From: Pocillopora damicornis
Taxonomy: Eukaryota
Reading direction: 5' to 3'
Assembly (NCBI RefSeq): GCF_003704095.1
Contig: NW_020844929.1
Coordinates: 62,001-126,000 of the forward strand
DNA: 64,000 nucleotides
In this document: in pieces, positions 27,692 to 41,559 of the stretch
Layout: every line of letters begins with the position of its first letter
How positions within the stretch are numbered: the stretch's first letter is position 1
The notes under the pieces: generated by a model
Seen by the model: only the letters and a program-made list of their open reading frames with translations
The model's database searches: none
What the model was told of the DNA's origin: nothing
Translations under genes and position numbers: made by a program

Positions 27692-28529
27692 AAGGCTAAG
27701 AACCTTCCTATGCCATTTTCTGCCTCTTTATTTGATATTTCAGACTATGAGTGTTAACAGGTGACATTTAGTTTTCACTGAATACCAGATAAGTAGAAAG
27801 GAGAATAAATTGCATACGACAAGAACGGAACGCATTACCGAGACGAAATGAGTATCTAATTTTATGAAAGTAAAAGAAATGGTTTGAAAGTTTTGGGTAA
27901 GCCCATTCCTCGTTGTATATGGTCATTAAAGCAGAAGATCGCTTTAAAATAAGCGTTGGTTTTCCTTCGTCTCTTAAAAAACACTACCGGCTTTTTAAAA
28001 TTGTCTCCTTTTGGTATATAATGGTATCAGGCATAATGAAGAGGCAAGGAGGCTTTCTGTCTCAAAGAGATGCGATTTTAACTTTGAAAGTCCAACGGAT
28101 GTTCTTCCAATTTCAATATTTCAGTTTTAAATCTCAGCGAGACAGTGATCAGGCACTTTTAAGGAGGTCATTTTCTGTCCTTAAAAACTCCGCAGGTGTG
28201 AAGTTATAGAATTGCTTCGCGTTTGTTATTGTTATTAGGTAGATCCGTGTAACCTCAAGGTTTATTTCGTGTAAAGGATTAACAGCCGCAGCGAAAATAA
28301 ATCAAACGGTTTAAGGTGAAGAATAAACTTGAATAGTGGCAACATGAAGAAACTGCTATGAACTCAATAACTAACTCATTCAGTAGATTCAGACTACCAC
28401 CCACGCACAATTATGACTATTATGACCAACATAACTTAGTTCAAAACAGCCATCGAAGAAATAAATGATGCGTTTTGTTTTGTTTTGTTTTGTTTCTACA
28501 TATCGATCTGTGTATGGCATGCACCATAA

Positions 28530-29179
28530 CACCCGAATAATCGGAAACTTCATAGTAGTTATAAACTTTCAAACAACGAGAACGCCGGTAAATTTTAAGC
28601 GAGACATCCTAACATAATTTAACAACAACATGGTTATTAATATTGACGGTCAGGAAGAAACAATTACTTGACCGCAAACTTAAGACATTTCCATTAGTCT
28701 TGCTCCTAGGTATGTAGGTATATCACAAACGGCTCGTGGATTGTCGATGACTCAACAAAGAGTTTTACCCCTTTTGATTTTGATTTTTGCACCTTAATGA
28801 CTGCGTTAAATTTATCAGGGTATCAGATAACTCAGCAAGTGCACACGTGTGTAGCTAACATCATTAGCATTATAAAACCCGAGTAATCGGAAACTCCACA
28901 GTAAATATATAATTTTAAACGACGAGAACGCCGGTAAACTTTAAGCGAGGCATCCTAAAATAATGATTAGTGACCTTGACGGTCATGAAGAAACAATTAG
29001 TTAACCGCAAACTTAGGACTTTTTCACTATTCTTACCCCTAGGTATATAGGTATCTCACAATCCGTCGGTGACTTAACAAATGGCTTGACACACTATAAT
29101 TTGGACCTTAATGACTGCGTTAAATTTAGCACGGTATCAGATAACTCAGCGACTGCACATGTCTTTAGCTAACATCATT
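28530..29179. repeat. Degenerate tandem duplication, units ~28530-28865 and ~28876-29179
   Basis: Both units start acccga(a/g)taatcggaaact, share gagaacgccggtaaa and ccttaatgactgcgttaaattta, and end tagctaacatcatt. Confidence 0.9.
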
Positions 29180-31827
29180 TTGACGGATAAAAAGTGAACG
29201 AATAATTTTATTCTTACGTCAATACTGAAATCTAACTTCATAACCTCAATTACCAAACCGCAAGAAGTTTCTTTCAATGAGATAATCATTTTTGTGCTTT
29301 ATTCACTCTATCCTACAGATCATGGATTATAGCTATTGAATCATCACATCAGTATAACTATTTCACACAAACCAAAAAATATTTACCTTGGTTCTTCCCA
29401 AGATTCAGCCAATATCAAGTGACTGCTTTATCGATAGTACAGCCGGCTTCCTTCTCTCTCAATCACTCTCTGACAAGTTTTGTCGTCAAAAAAGGTTTAA
29501 GGCTAGGTCAGTGAGATGACAATTCAATTGCAGCTTCTAGTTTTTCCTGTTACTCCAAAACATCGTTTATAAGTAATGATAACCGATTTCAGCTTTAAAA
29601 AATTAATAAGTATAATGATAATCCTAACCATCAGTGAATTCACATATAGCTGTTACAGATGAGACATAAGTTTATTAAAATTGAGTTGTCCAAAAAAATG
29701 GCTGTTTCATCACAATTATTTTTCTTTCATTCTAATCGAAAAGTTGACAGGAAAAAATAAGACGTGCAATTTTCGTTATGTTTTATTGAATTACTTGCGA
29801 TTGGTTTACTATATAAGCACAAAACCTGTTGTTTTCAAAGGTTCAATGATTCGTTTTGATTTATGAATAACTGCATTGTTCCTTTTCTTCGCTGTCTTTG
29901 TTTAACCCACGCCTAAGCCAAGAAGCTAAGTCACACAGTTTGTCAAAGCATGCAACTATGTGGGCTAAAGGCTGTTTCATCGAAAAAAACGAATATTTAA
30001 CCACCTTTTGAAATACAAAAATCAGTTTCCAGCACAATAAGGAAATAAATAGCAGCGGAAACAAAAACAGAGGCTGTAAAAATTCTCGGTTAAGATTATG
30101 CGCGACGATCTTACGTAACGTGATAACGACAAATATACCATAAAAAATTCACCACAGGGAATCATTTTAAATTCTTCTTGTTATTGCTTTGTAATATTAC
30201 AACAGAGATCTGAAGATTAAGTGTGCTGAATCAGTGTTTCATAATTAAGTTTCGAACTTCCCTTTGTTATAAACTTCGAACTGCAGTCAGCTCAAAGTTC
30301 CTAGATACTATTGGAAGGTGCATGAAAACGCATGGAAATGCGCTCTCTAGATGTAACATAATTATCATGCTAGCTTTTTACCCTAACAGAGGTCCCAAAT
30401 GGGAAAAATTTCCTTCCATGACCTTTACTAAATACTCGCCTAAGCCTCGTAATGGACGGGTGTGGCCAAAGATAACGATATTAACTTAAAAGGTTAACTC
30501 CGGCATAAAGAATTTCTTGATTATTACATTGCTAGGGCAAATCAACTGAAAGAGAGAATAACTGGTTTAATTTCCCTTACTTAGACTCCAGTTTGAAACA
30601 TTGATGAGTTCAATAACAAATCGTTTATCTACCGGAATTGTCTAAACAGGCTCTTACCACTAAAACATAATAGTTGTCAAGTAAAAACCGCAACCTAAGT
30701 ATTTAGCTAGAGATGCACCAGCCTTTTATTCTCATGAGCAGAATAAGTCATATGCTTTTGGAGAAGGTAAGGTGGCGGTGGGAAAAATCAGAAAGCACCC
30801 CGAAACAGGGTTTGCAAACAACGTACCGGGAGTTTTACAGCAAGAGCGACAAACAAAACAGGAATGCAAACAAAGTAGGAGCGAAAAAAACCTCATAAGA
30901 AATCATCTCATGCTCTGGTAGAGGAGACAAATACATAATTTTTCTGAATCCCAAGTATTAATAGCCCCTCCTGGGTGGTACTTTCGTGCAACAAGAAAAT
31001 GACAAAAATCAAACGATTCCATCAAATGCCAGTGGAAGGATAACAGAGGTATCTGTAATTCGTGGAACCCATATATAAGCTAGAAGGCGAATTTGAAAAC
31101 CTTCCAGTTTAGCAATCTTGAGAGGACCGCGCCTTAATTTCCGGTGCATCATTGAAATCAGCAAGACTAAGAACAATAAATGTCCAAGTTTCAATCATCT
31201 TAACTTAAGTTCAACCGCGAAGATCACAATTGTAAAAAGTTACTTAATCAAAGCAAGCATGTGATGCAGATAGTTTATTTATCAAATGGAGTTAGCTAAG
31301 CGCAAGGAAGACACACAAAACAGAAGCAAACAAAATGAAAACCTGAAATGATCGTATTCTCTTGCGTGTTTTGATAGAAGAGACAATAACCTAATTTTCG
31401 CTCAAGAACCTCTCCTGATGTTGTGTCCAGTAGCGTCCGGAAAACATTTATTGAAAATGGGGAGAAAAGATTTAATTACTACAAAGGAAAGAGCCACACT
31501 GTTGTAAAAAAGTTTTTGCGTTAAGCTTCTCTGAATGATTATCCAACAAAATTAATTGTGAATCAATGGACAAAGTAAGTTTTTCTTGTTCCCTGGAATA
31601 TATGCAGCTGACTCGATCATTTGTGTAACACTGAACTAATTGCCGTCGAATCCTATATTTTCCTCACTATTGAGAAAAAAGTTTGACTATTTCGACGATT
31701 TAGGCATCTAAAGGTACAGTCATGCAACCAAGTGTAGTTGTATTCCTATGATTACAAATTTGTTTTACCTGAAGGCGTTTCTGGATAGAAGACCATTTTT
31801 ATGTCAGTTATATCGGGATCCCACTAC

Positions 31828-31837
31828 NNNNNNNNNN
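31828..31837. other. Assembly gap (10 N)
   Basis: nnnnnnnnnn in the sequence. Confidence 1.
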
Positions 31838-32789
31838 AGGCCTGATTATCAAAAGATTTTAAGACTGAAATTAATTTCTGTTAATTAAAATTAATAGGCA
31901 ACGATAGACTCTAATATGATTCACTGCGATATTTCATTCCTAGGTCATTCGTTATATACCTATCCGGTTTAGTGACGCAACGCAACGCAGCGAAACGACG
32001 AAAACCTGGAGCCATGGTTGAAATTAAGTGATTACGAGTGCGCTCACGCTCACGTACTAATATGAACAAAAAAATCAGTATGTTATGCATAAGCAGAAAA
32101 AGAGGCTTACCTTGAGGAAAATCGCTCAAAGCACTCACAGCTCTCTTCAACGAATTCTGCAAATCGAACTTTATGGTCTTTTGTGCTATTTTAGAAAAGG
32201 ACAAAAAAAATAATAAAATAAGCAAATGACTGGCAGGGAAGGTTCTTGTTTCTTAAGTTAATTAGATGATTCAACTGTCGATTGACAAGTCAATCAAAGG
32301 TCCTTTATGCTTAAGTTGTAGAATTAGGTCTCTTCAATGTCACGAAAAAATTCGCAAACGATGTCTGACCATATTCATGAGCATATGTCGTTGATGAATA
32401 TTTAGAAAATTAGTGGTACTTCGGGGTACGAACTATTCCCAGGGTAAACGTCCTAAGCGACTATGCGTAAACTCAAATCAAGTCATATATAGTCTCAGAT
32501 GCGTGCAGTCGTATGAAATTAACAATTTCCTCCCCAGGGTGATTTAGTCATTCCATACGTGACAACATGAATGCCACCTTTTTGATGAGAGAGGAATGGT
32601 TTGCATATGATGAAGAGAAATTACTGCAGTGTCTAGCCAAGCGATGAGCTTTGGACCCATTCTATAATATTGTTCCTCAAGTACTTGCCAGTAGTTAACT
32701 GCAGCAAATTGTTATTATAATTCATAGTCATTCTATCGTCTAGCCACAAAGAATTTCACTTAAAACTGAACGTCAATGATACATGATCC

Positions 32790-33647
32790 ATGGGCAGCTT
32801 AAGGCAAAGCTCGTTTGGTGCAGAACTGCACAGAAACTTTTCAACTGGCCAAAGACAATCTATACATTCATCTTACAGCTCTTCCAGACAGAAAATAACA
32901 GACAACTTCAAATTTCTACTTAAATACAGCTCTGACTTTCACGCTAAGCTGCGAGGAGAAGATGTTTCTCGAAAAGAGACAAACAGTGAGGTGGCAACGA
33001 GGCTAATTCATTTTCCTGTCATAACAAAATCTTTAGAAACAAGTGATCCACCACCTGTCAAGGAAACTAAATGTCTCAAAAGGATGCATTCGTGGAATGA
33101 CCACGAGGGATGGGAAATTAGAAGAACCTCGAACATAGAAAGGCCTTGGGTAAGAGGGGAAAGAAATATTGCATCAGTTTCTGCACAGGAAACAAAACCC
33201 TCATTTACACAAATCAGACGACCAATGAAGGCGGATTGCGGAGGGTTCTCCCTTCCATCCCCATCAGAAAGTGCAATAAAACTTTACTCGACCTCCTTCC
33301 TATCAAGTGAAAAATTTACAAAACGTCATGATTTGCATACAGGAGCGGGGCATTCATTCCCTTCGCTTGTCTATTCAGGCTCCATGGGTGAGTCAGATGA
33401 GCTCATCTATCACGAAGCAGGTTATCCAGCGGTAAAGCTACTTGTAAGAGGCAAGGGAACTTTCGACTGCGCGCATGCGAAACAGACAAGCTTTCCTGTA
33501 AAAGCCACGTCAGAGAGAAGTGTTGAAGAAAGTGACAATACTTTGAAGACGCATGTCGAGACTGCAGAAACTGATTTTAATGAAGTGGAGACAAAGACTG
33601 TTAGGTTACTTGAATGGCTCTTGGATCAATCGGAGATCAAATCATGA
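32790..33647 (+). CDS. Orphan array member D (285 aa), paralogue of C lacking its N-terminal ~33 aa
   Basis: Collinear with C (AELxRNFxTG, ETNSExxTRL, RTSxxExPWV, DFNEVETK). Ends KTVRLLEWLLDQSEIKS. Flanks are also homologous (gcagtgtctagccaa upstream of both). Confidence 0.8.
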   Translation: MGSLRQSSFGAELHRNFSTGQRQSIHSSYSSSRQKITDNFKFLLKYSSDFHAKLRGEDVSRKETNSEVATRLIHFPVITKSLETSDPPPVKETKCLKRMHSWNDHEGWEIRRTSNIERPWVRGERNIASVSAQETKPSFTQIRRPMKADCGGFSLPSPSESAIKLYSTSFLSSEKFTKRHDLHTGAGHSFPSLVYSGSMGESDELIYHEAGYPAVKLLVRGKGTFDCAHAKQTSFPVKATSERSVEESDNTLKTHVETAETDFNEVETKTVRLLEWLLDQSEIKS

Positions 33648-34918
33648 AATTTGAAGAACATTCCATTATCATTTCCAACCTCTCTACGGCCATAGGGCAT
33701 ATCGTATTGTGAATTTTTATATCATTATTACTTGAAAGAAGTGATAAACATTCATCCAGTTTTCAGTTAAAGTATAATAATATACTTTCACTATTGACGC
33801 TGTTTGAATTATTAAACTGATTGTGCAACGTATCACCGACGCAAAATTAGCATTGGTCATGATATCATAAAATGCTTAAAGAAGAAAAAATTAAGGGTTG
33901 GGGCAACCCATTCCTTTTAATGTAAACAGTTTCTGTTTAGGAAGATTGATTCAACTTAAAACTGCCATTTAAAAAGTGCCTCGTTCCTCTTTGCACTAGA
34001 TGAAACAGATTAAGTGAAGGAGGACAAAGGGAGTCTGTTTGAGAAGGAAGCCTGAACTTTTAGTCCAAAGCGGAGAGGTTTAATTCTGTCCGTGGGATTC
34101 AGTCTCTCAGTACAAGCAAGAGAATATAATCTCTTGGCACAAGTAGATAATGTCTCAAGCGCTTGCTGTAGGTAGTTCATTATGTGTACTTATTTTTTCC
34201 CTAGTATAAAAATGAAATCTGCAGATGAGGAGTTATATATAACTTTAACGACCACTATTGACATTAAGCCGAGCTTTTGAATAAATACGTGCGTGTGTTC
34301 TAGATGCTTATTCTATCTGAAGGAGTGACATTATCTCGAAATAATAGTCCTTACAGAAAAAAATTAAAATTTATTAATTTTTTGCTGATAGTCATCAGTC
34401 CAAAGACGCTATAGATGGTCAGAGCTTCTAGAAATTTCACGGACGATGGTTCAAGTAAATTCCAAAACGTGCTTTATGACCCTTCGATAATTTAATCTAA
34501 TTGATATGAATTGATCACTAATGTAAACGAAAGCTCTTATCGCGCTCACGAATGACAGGGATGGGAGGAGATGACAAACGAGTGAGTGAGATTAATCATT
34601 GAAAAGAGATCTGATTGTAATGAACATAACCATTGTAGTTATTTGTTTAGAGGCATACATTGTCGCTCATTCGTGGAATCGTGGTATGGTTTTTTTTTTT
34701 CTTTTTGCATTGCGACTTGTATTAAGCCACCTAATACGCACCTAGAAACTCTTACAAATTTAGTATCCCTTACTAATAACGGCGAACTCATTTCTTTCTA
34801 TTTTTTGTTTGTTTGTTGGTTGTTGTTTTTTTCTTTTTTAGCATGTTTTCTAGCTCCCTAGGCATGTACCTCAAAAACCGGTGACTTGTTAGCAAAAGCT
34901 ATAGATCGGTTCTAATGT

Positions 34919-35407
34919 TTTTTTCGCCACTCGATGAGAGGAGAATTTGGTGGAGGCCTAAGTACAACAGTGATTAAGAAGGAACGTATCATGGAATTAC
35001 TTTAACCCAGCTAATGGCCAACGGATAAAAGTCAGCCACGCTAACTTCAACTTATTGATTTCCTATCGATAGTTGACCGGTTTACTTGCTTCACGTCGAA
35101 ACGTAACAGTTTCTTGGATAAAAGAATAAACAGGGTGAGTTTCCAAAGAAACTGTGATGCTGCGTCGGTGGAAGAGTATAGCAGGTAATTTAGTGTGAAC
35201 AACTGAGTTGATAACGTAAATTGGTCACCGTAAGGAGTAAAAAAAACTGACGTTTCGAGCGTTAGCCCTTCGTCAGAGCGATTGACTTGTTTTTTTCGCC
35301 TCTTGATGAGAGGAGAATTTGGTGAAGGCCTAAGTACGGCAGTGATTAAGAAGAAATGTATCATGGGATTCCTTTAACCCAGCTAATGGCCAACAAATAA
35401 AAGTCAG
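34919..35407. repeat. ~115-bp direct duplication (34919-35035 and 35291-35407) interleaved with Penelope-type repeats
   Basis: ttttttcgcc...gatgagaggagaatttggtg...ctttaacccagctaatggccaac...ataaaagtcag is present twice. Confidence 0.88.
35120..35283 (-). mobile_element. Penelope-like terminal-repeat fragment with minimal hammerhead ribozyme motif
   Basis: Reverse complement of CGCTCTGACGAAGGGCTAACGCTCGAAACGTCAG at 35247-35280, plus the shared tail (ttacggtg..caatttacgtt..aactcagttg..cactaaattacctg). Confidence 0.8.
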
Positions 35408-35510
35408 AATCGCTCTGACGAAGGGCTAACGCTCGAAACGTCAGCTTTTTTACTCTTTACGGTGGCCAATTTACGTTTTAAACTCAGTTGTGAACACTAA
35501 ATTACCTGCT
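35408..35510 (+). mobile_element. Penelope-like terminal-repeat fragment with minimal type-I hammerhead ribozyme
   Basis: gct-CTGACGA-agggctaacgctc-GAAA-c-GTC-agc: hammerhead core boxes CUGANGA and GAAA, GUC cleavage triplet, closing gct/agc stem. Confidence 0.82.
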
Positions 35511-37320
35511 AGTTTCTTGGATATTCATAAAACATCCGTTGTCTATTTTCTATATCCTTTGAACTTATTTGCTCTATGTACTAGAATGAAAATCAGTGCT
35601 GTTTTTAAGCCTTCGGATGGGAAAGATAATGGAAAACTGTCTAAGAACATTTTGGCGCACGGCGGATCTTGTTATACGTGCAACCTCATTGCTTATTTTT
35701 AATGAGTAGCTTGAGGCACCACTTTGCCCTCGGAAGGAGAAGAAGGTATTTGAACAGTTTGTATAAAATTTCGATTGAAACCCATCCAATGGCAATTTGT
35801 TTTACTTTATATATATATTTTTTGTTTTCTTTAATTATATATAACTTGTTAATTACCACCGATAGATTGATTATGTGGGCATAGAAAGATAGATGTGGTC
35901 AGTCGTTCGACTTGATTTTTTTTTGTTTATGCTAAATTGGAAAACGTGCTGTAGTAATAAGCCAATTAAGCTAGAAGCTATTCTATTTCATTTACGAATG
36001 GTAAATTTAATACGTCAATCAATTTCAAAGTTGACAACATCAAAAGCAACAACAAAAACAAAGGCTTTTAAAAACCTCGAGGGTTAACATCAAGCGTAAA
36101 GATCTGATGAAAAGTCATTCAAACACTACTGTGATGTCACCTCATTAGGGAATCATCCAAATTCGTGTGGTTAATTTGTTCCAATGCACCTTAGATTTAA
36201 AGATAAAGAGTTTTAAATAAGAGTCAAAAATTGCGTGAGTTTGTACCCCCCCCCCCCCCCCCTTTGTAAACTGCTGCATGCAGTTTACTCAGAGTCCCTG
36301 CACAGTTTTAGGGGGTGGATGAAAACTTTGGGAATGCACAAATCAATCATCACGTCAGCTTTGCTTAGTGATTGACACCACAAGCTGGGAAAAAAACCTT
36401 CTGCATGAAATTTCCTACGTAGATGGCTAGCACTCACAACAGACTGAGATAGCTAATAATAGCTGATACCAAAAAGGACCACTTGATCAGCATCATCAGC
36501 TTGATCAGCATCATCAGAAAGCACAAATTTCCTGAGAAAGAGTCATGACCAGCTAGCGTTGTAGTGTGCATTTTAGACTGAGTGTTTACGCAGAGAAGAT
36601 AGGGCTGTGGTGGGACTACTGATATTCCATTTTTATATCTGACTCAAACTTTTCTTTGATAAACGCCCAATGTTAATAGAAGAGGGGTATACGCAATTAT
36701 CATTCATTTAATTCACGCATAAGCCTCGAAACGAAATTGAAAATTTTATTTTGGCGATCAAACATGTCAGTTAGACACGCGAGACAAACGAGTGGTAACA
36801 GGATGATGTGCTAGCTAATCAGTTTCCAGTGTGGAATAAAAAAAAACACTAAAAACAACTGCTACAAAAACAACAACAATACCCGCATTCAAATTTGTTA
36901 AAATATCCAGTTCAGTTCAACCGTGAAGATTGCAAGTAATATCATGAAAAACACGCACGCAATGACAAACTCGCCGGGGGAATCGTCAATAATTTTACTC
37001 TTTCTTAACTTGCTGCATCCTGACTTAGATCCGAATATAAACAGTTCCAAAATAGCGTTTTATAATTCTATAAGGCCTTACCCTTCAGTTCTAATCTGCT
37101 TCAAATAGTCTGTTCAAATGCCCGCCTTGAAATGTGCAATTTAAATGCCATATAATTATAAAGCCAACTTTGCTTTCCTGATTAAGGCCAAAAAGGGAAA
37201 AAATTGTAGATAAATGAAATTTTTTGAATACTTGACGAAGCCTAGCTAAAGACAAAGCCAAGCTAAAGATAAAGCCAAGCTAAACATAGCTGACTCTCAT
37301 TAAAACTTTTTGGTGCACTT

Positions 37321-37560
37321 AAATAGTAAAATGAAGGCGAGAAAAACACAAAATATTTTCTTAATCTTGAAACAAGGCACTTCAAACTGAGCACAATATA
37401 AATTAATGAGCATCAATTTGTCACATCTGATAACGAAATCCTTGCTGAGTGCCAAGTCCACTACAAAGAGCTCTATACATCCCATCAAAATGTGATGCCG
37501 CCTGAAAGTGAAATTTCCAGCTGGAAAAGGACCTGATCCTGGACTACTCATAAAGAATTG
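37321..37560 (+). mobile_element. Degraded L1/Tx1-clade LINE ORF2 fragment (endonuclease-RT linker)
   Basis: Manual translation K**NEGEKNTKYFLNLETRHFK...VTSDNEILAECQVHYKELYTS, then PAGKGPDP, resembles the conserved W..EGEKNTKYF...F/Y..LY...KxPGPDG region. Contains stops and deletions. Confidence 0.72.
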
Positions 37561-38342
37561 CTCAATTATTACATGCATAGAATGAAACAATCATAGAATG
37601 ACTAATTAATTATATTTCTACAACTACGCTTTTGGAAACTTTGAGAACTCAACAGGCTTGTTTCAAAGCGGTTAAAAGTGATGGATGTTGAAGTAAACAA
37701 AGAGAAAATTATTAGTTTAAGAGAATAAGCCACACTGGCTTCCAGAAATATTCCTCCTTGTTTGTACTTTAAGAAAGTTAGTCCCTTCTGAAAAAATAGG
37801 TGTACATGAAGTGTCGGACCTTCAACTGGGTGGTGGCAAAATCCGAGGTAGAAAAATTGAATCAGGAAGCGCATAGTCTAAATAAACTCAACTAGCCAGC
37901 CATGTTAATAAGTGTTTTAAGGAAAGGATGGGAAACAGATCAGGAAAAGACGTAGAACAAAAACAAATTGACCAAAAAAAAACGGAAGTTGTCAACTGCC
38001 CTTACAAGAATCTGTTTGGAAGTGAAGGTTAGAATAAGCCTCCATTGCCCCTTGTTAATCTTGCAAAATCACAGAGAAGAAGTGGAACATTGTTAAGGTT
38101 TAAAGATGTGAAGGTGAGGGTATTGAGAATAAAATTTCTGTTCGATTTTAGAAAATAAAAATCTCTGTAGTGTTAAAGAGATTTATCAACGCGGTCAATT
38201 TCTAAGCGTGCTATGATGCTATGATGAAACGAATAAAAAAGGACAAGGTGACTGTTACTTCTGGCATGATCTTCCCAGCCAATGCAACTTACGAGTTCAT
38301 CTTATTCCATCGTCCAAAAGTAAGACACTGCCCACTTGACTA

Positions 38343-38767
38343 AGGCCCCATTTTATGGTCTCGGGTACCGAGAACGTTTACATGGAATCTGACATCTTCT
38401 AACCCTGGCTCGGCCAGGTTACATATTCGACAAAATAGCGGGCGGCAAGAAAAGAGTAGCTTTAAAAATCCTGGACATAGCATGCGCACGCATTTTCCGT
38501 TCGAGTTTTCTCGTCTCAGGTGAGCGAGACAAGTTGTTTACATGAGAGAAAGTTGTCCCACCTGCCAGGGTTACTTTACCTGCCGAGGTGAGACAACTCG
38601 CCCCCTGCCACTCCTTCCGTTCCCCTCTTCCCTCATTCTGAGACGAGTGCACAACTTCATGTAAACGGTCGGCTGAATTTTGTAAAGATGGAAGTGAAAA
38701 GTTAGCTCGCCCGGGTAACTGGGGGGGAGGGTTGTCACGGGTAGCCGAGACCATATAAATCGGGCCT
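38343..38767. mobile_element. MITE / non-autonomous DNA transposon with ~28-bp imperfect TIRs (PIF/Harbinger-like ends)
   Basis: Left end aggccccattttatggtctcgggtacc versus reverse complement of right end aggcccgatttatatggtctcggctacc; TAA/TCA flanks. Superfamily is inference. Confidence 0.72.
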
Positions 38768-41559
38768 CAACTTCCCATCTAACCAAACTTCCCTAACCAG
38801 CTATAGCCGGCTAATTGAACAAACGCTGCTCACTGTTGATTAAAGCTAACTGAGCAAGGTGATCTATAGATGTTTACAAACTTGAAACAAGACTTTGACC
38901 AATATCTTGACCGTTGTCTCTGAGTGGTAATATAAGGCTTATCCATATTTGTCGAAATTGTGACAGCCGACACGCATAATAACGAGTCGTTAATTCTACC
39001 TGAATTTTCGCTAGAAGGCATGGAAATGATTCCAAATACATTGTGAAAACTTCATATATGTAACACCGCTTAGGCGCCAAATTTCTTTGCGAATTCTAAG
39101 CTGGATGTTGTAGAGAGTCGAAGCTCGATAACACATTTAGTTGACACAACATCGATATTTGGAAATGCGTATGTCATTGCATACAATAGATAAGTTCGCT
39201 TTAAATGAAGCTCAAGGCTAGCACAGAATTGTGAGCTCATCTACTGAAAAAATTAGGCAAACCTTAAAATGAGCAAATATTTCTGCTCATGTTTAACTAT
39301 ATGAAAATGGTGGAAAGCGTAGACTGCAGGTTTTTGGCAATTTCTATAAAATTTCACCGAAGCCATTCATCGTTCGCTTCATGAATTAGACCAAATTTAG
39401 CATTGCAGAGTCTACCAGTATGGTTAGTGGATTAGTATGGCCAATTACATAAATGTTTAACGGAGTTCACCACCAAACGGATGGTGGATTGATGGGGAAA
39501 CCTCATTGAAGTAGCATTTACGTCTATCTGTTACATTTTAATGAAATGGCTGTCATGCTTACCATAAAATATGTCTTTTTATTCTTTTATGGAGTGTTAC
39601 CGAAATTTAGACCAGTCTGGTAGTTGTACTATCACGTGCCAGATGCAAAAAATCAACACTTTATGTTATCATAAGTACGATGCCGTTTATAAACTAATCA
39701 CGAAACATCTCAAGTGCTCAGGTCATGTAATAACGCTTCTCGAGTTATACCGTAGCTTGCGATTCATGGTCTTATTTTCCAGATGTAAAGTCAGGATCCT
39801 CTGTACCTGTGCTAATCAATCGACAGTTGCGCAATTCAACAGAAGGCGAAACTATCCGCGCGCGAGAGAGCATTGCTGCAAACAGGACTTAGCGATCGTA
39901 GAGGGGAGCTAATAAGACCAAGGAATCAAAATTCACAGTCAGACTTGACCAACGTCTTATTTTTCTCAATATTATCATGAGACAAAATAATCCAATTCGA
40001 ACAAAAGCTCATAGTAACATATGAGGGTAACTCCAATCCTTGATAAAGTTATGTTACATAACATAAGACGTAGCAAATCGTGATTATTATCATCATTGCA
40101 CCTATCAACCCCTTCAATTATCTTTCTAATTGCACCAATGATTTTGACCATCTGTTGTAATCTCGCGAAGTCCTATCTTCGCTGAAAGATCTGCCCTGTC
40201 TTGACCGTTGAGTAAAAGGAATGAGGAACTTAATATTCAAAGCCTTAGCGTCCATAGCAAAAAAATCCTAATATATGATTGCATGTGTCGATAATTATTT
40301 AGTAATCCATTAAAAGTATTTGCTAACTACGAAGTACATATTTTCAAGTGCTACCAATAAAAATTATTTTTGTTCTTTCCCATAGCTTTTAAATTGTCTT
40401 AATGTCTTTTAATTTTATCGTGAACGCGCTATTAAAACCAAAGCTATGTGTGAAATAAAGTGATACCTTTACACTTACGGATCAATGCTACAGTTTCCAG
40501 ATGCATACAAACAATAAATTCCGTTAACGTAAACAGAAACAATCTGGAAGAGGCTTACCTTAGAAAAATTTCTGAAATTACTGGGAGCTTCGTTTTGCAA
40601 CGCAAACGCCAAGGTCCTGGTTGTTCGTTTGGGTAACGATTTTAGAAAAAAATGACCGAACAATTATGAGCCTGCAGCATATTTACACTTCTCAAATCAA
40701 TTAAAGTAATCCAGCTGTGTATGGATAGGTTGATTAAATTCCTTTCCTAAACAAATTTAAAAGTGTCGCTAGCTTTGTCACGGAAGGATTCGAATGTTTG
40801 TATTGGACCATACTTGTTAAATTCTATCATCAAAGAGTATATAGAGAAAAAAAATGGTACTTCAAGGTAAGAGTTATCTGTGAAAGAAACGTCCCAAAGG
40901 TCTTTGTGTACACTCATATCCAGCACTGCAAGGCCTCATACGCGTGCAGCTCTCTAAAATTAGCAATTTGAACCCTACGGTTGTTTAGTCTTCACATCAA
41001 TGACATCGTAGACATAAACTTAATGGTAATAAATTGGTCTAACACTCGTATGTTTATGGTTTAGCACGTGCCCGTCACGTTTAGTTACATAACATCACCT
41101 TTCGTCGACATCGATCTGTCTTTCGCAATCCACCCACTTGATAATGTCTGAAATCAATGAAGCTCATAGGATTTATTCATCAAAGAATCAAACAAAATTA
41201 CATTCTACCTTAAATCACGAGAAAACTTGGAAAGTTTTTTTTTTTATTTTTTTTGTCAGTGAACACTACAGAGAGTTAATTTATAGTAAGTCAGCTCTTC
41301 ATTGACTGATGTTAGCCGCTGTCCTAAATTAACTGAAAGAGTTGAATGAGTCGCTTCTCTCTTTGAATAAATGAAATAATCCTTGTGTGTAAATGGTAGG
41401 GTAAGGGGCGCAGTAAGAGGCAGAAGAGTGTAACGTGTGTAATAAGTAGTCATTTAGTCTCTAAAGGAAGGGCCTCTAGTAAAAAGAAGGCTCGATAAAT
41501 AAATTACTTAATATGAATATATAAAATATAATACACTTTCAAGTAAGCAATTGTCCTCG

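Noticed and set aside
35047-35364. 105-aa ORF containing RSDEGLTLETS
   Set aside because: Translation of the non-coding hammerhead repeat.
38419-38786. ORFs inside the GC-richer block
   Set aside because: They lie within a TIR-bounded MITE and show no transposase motifs.
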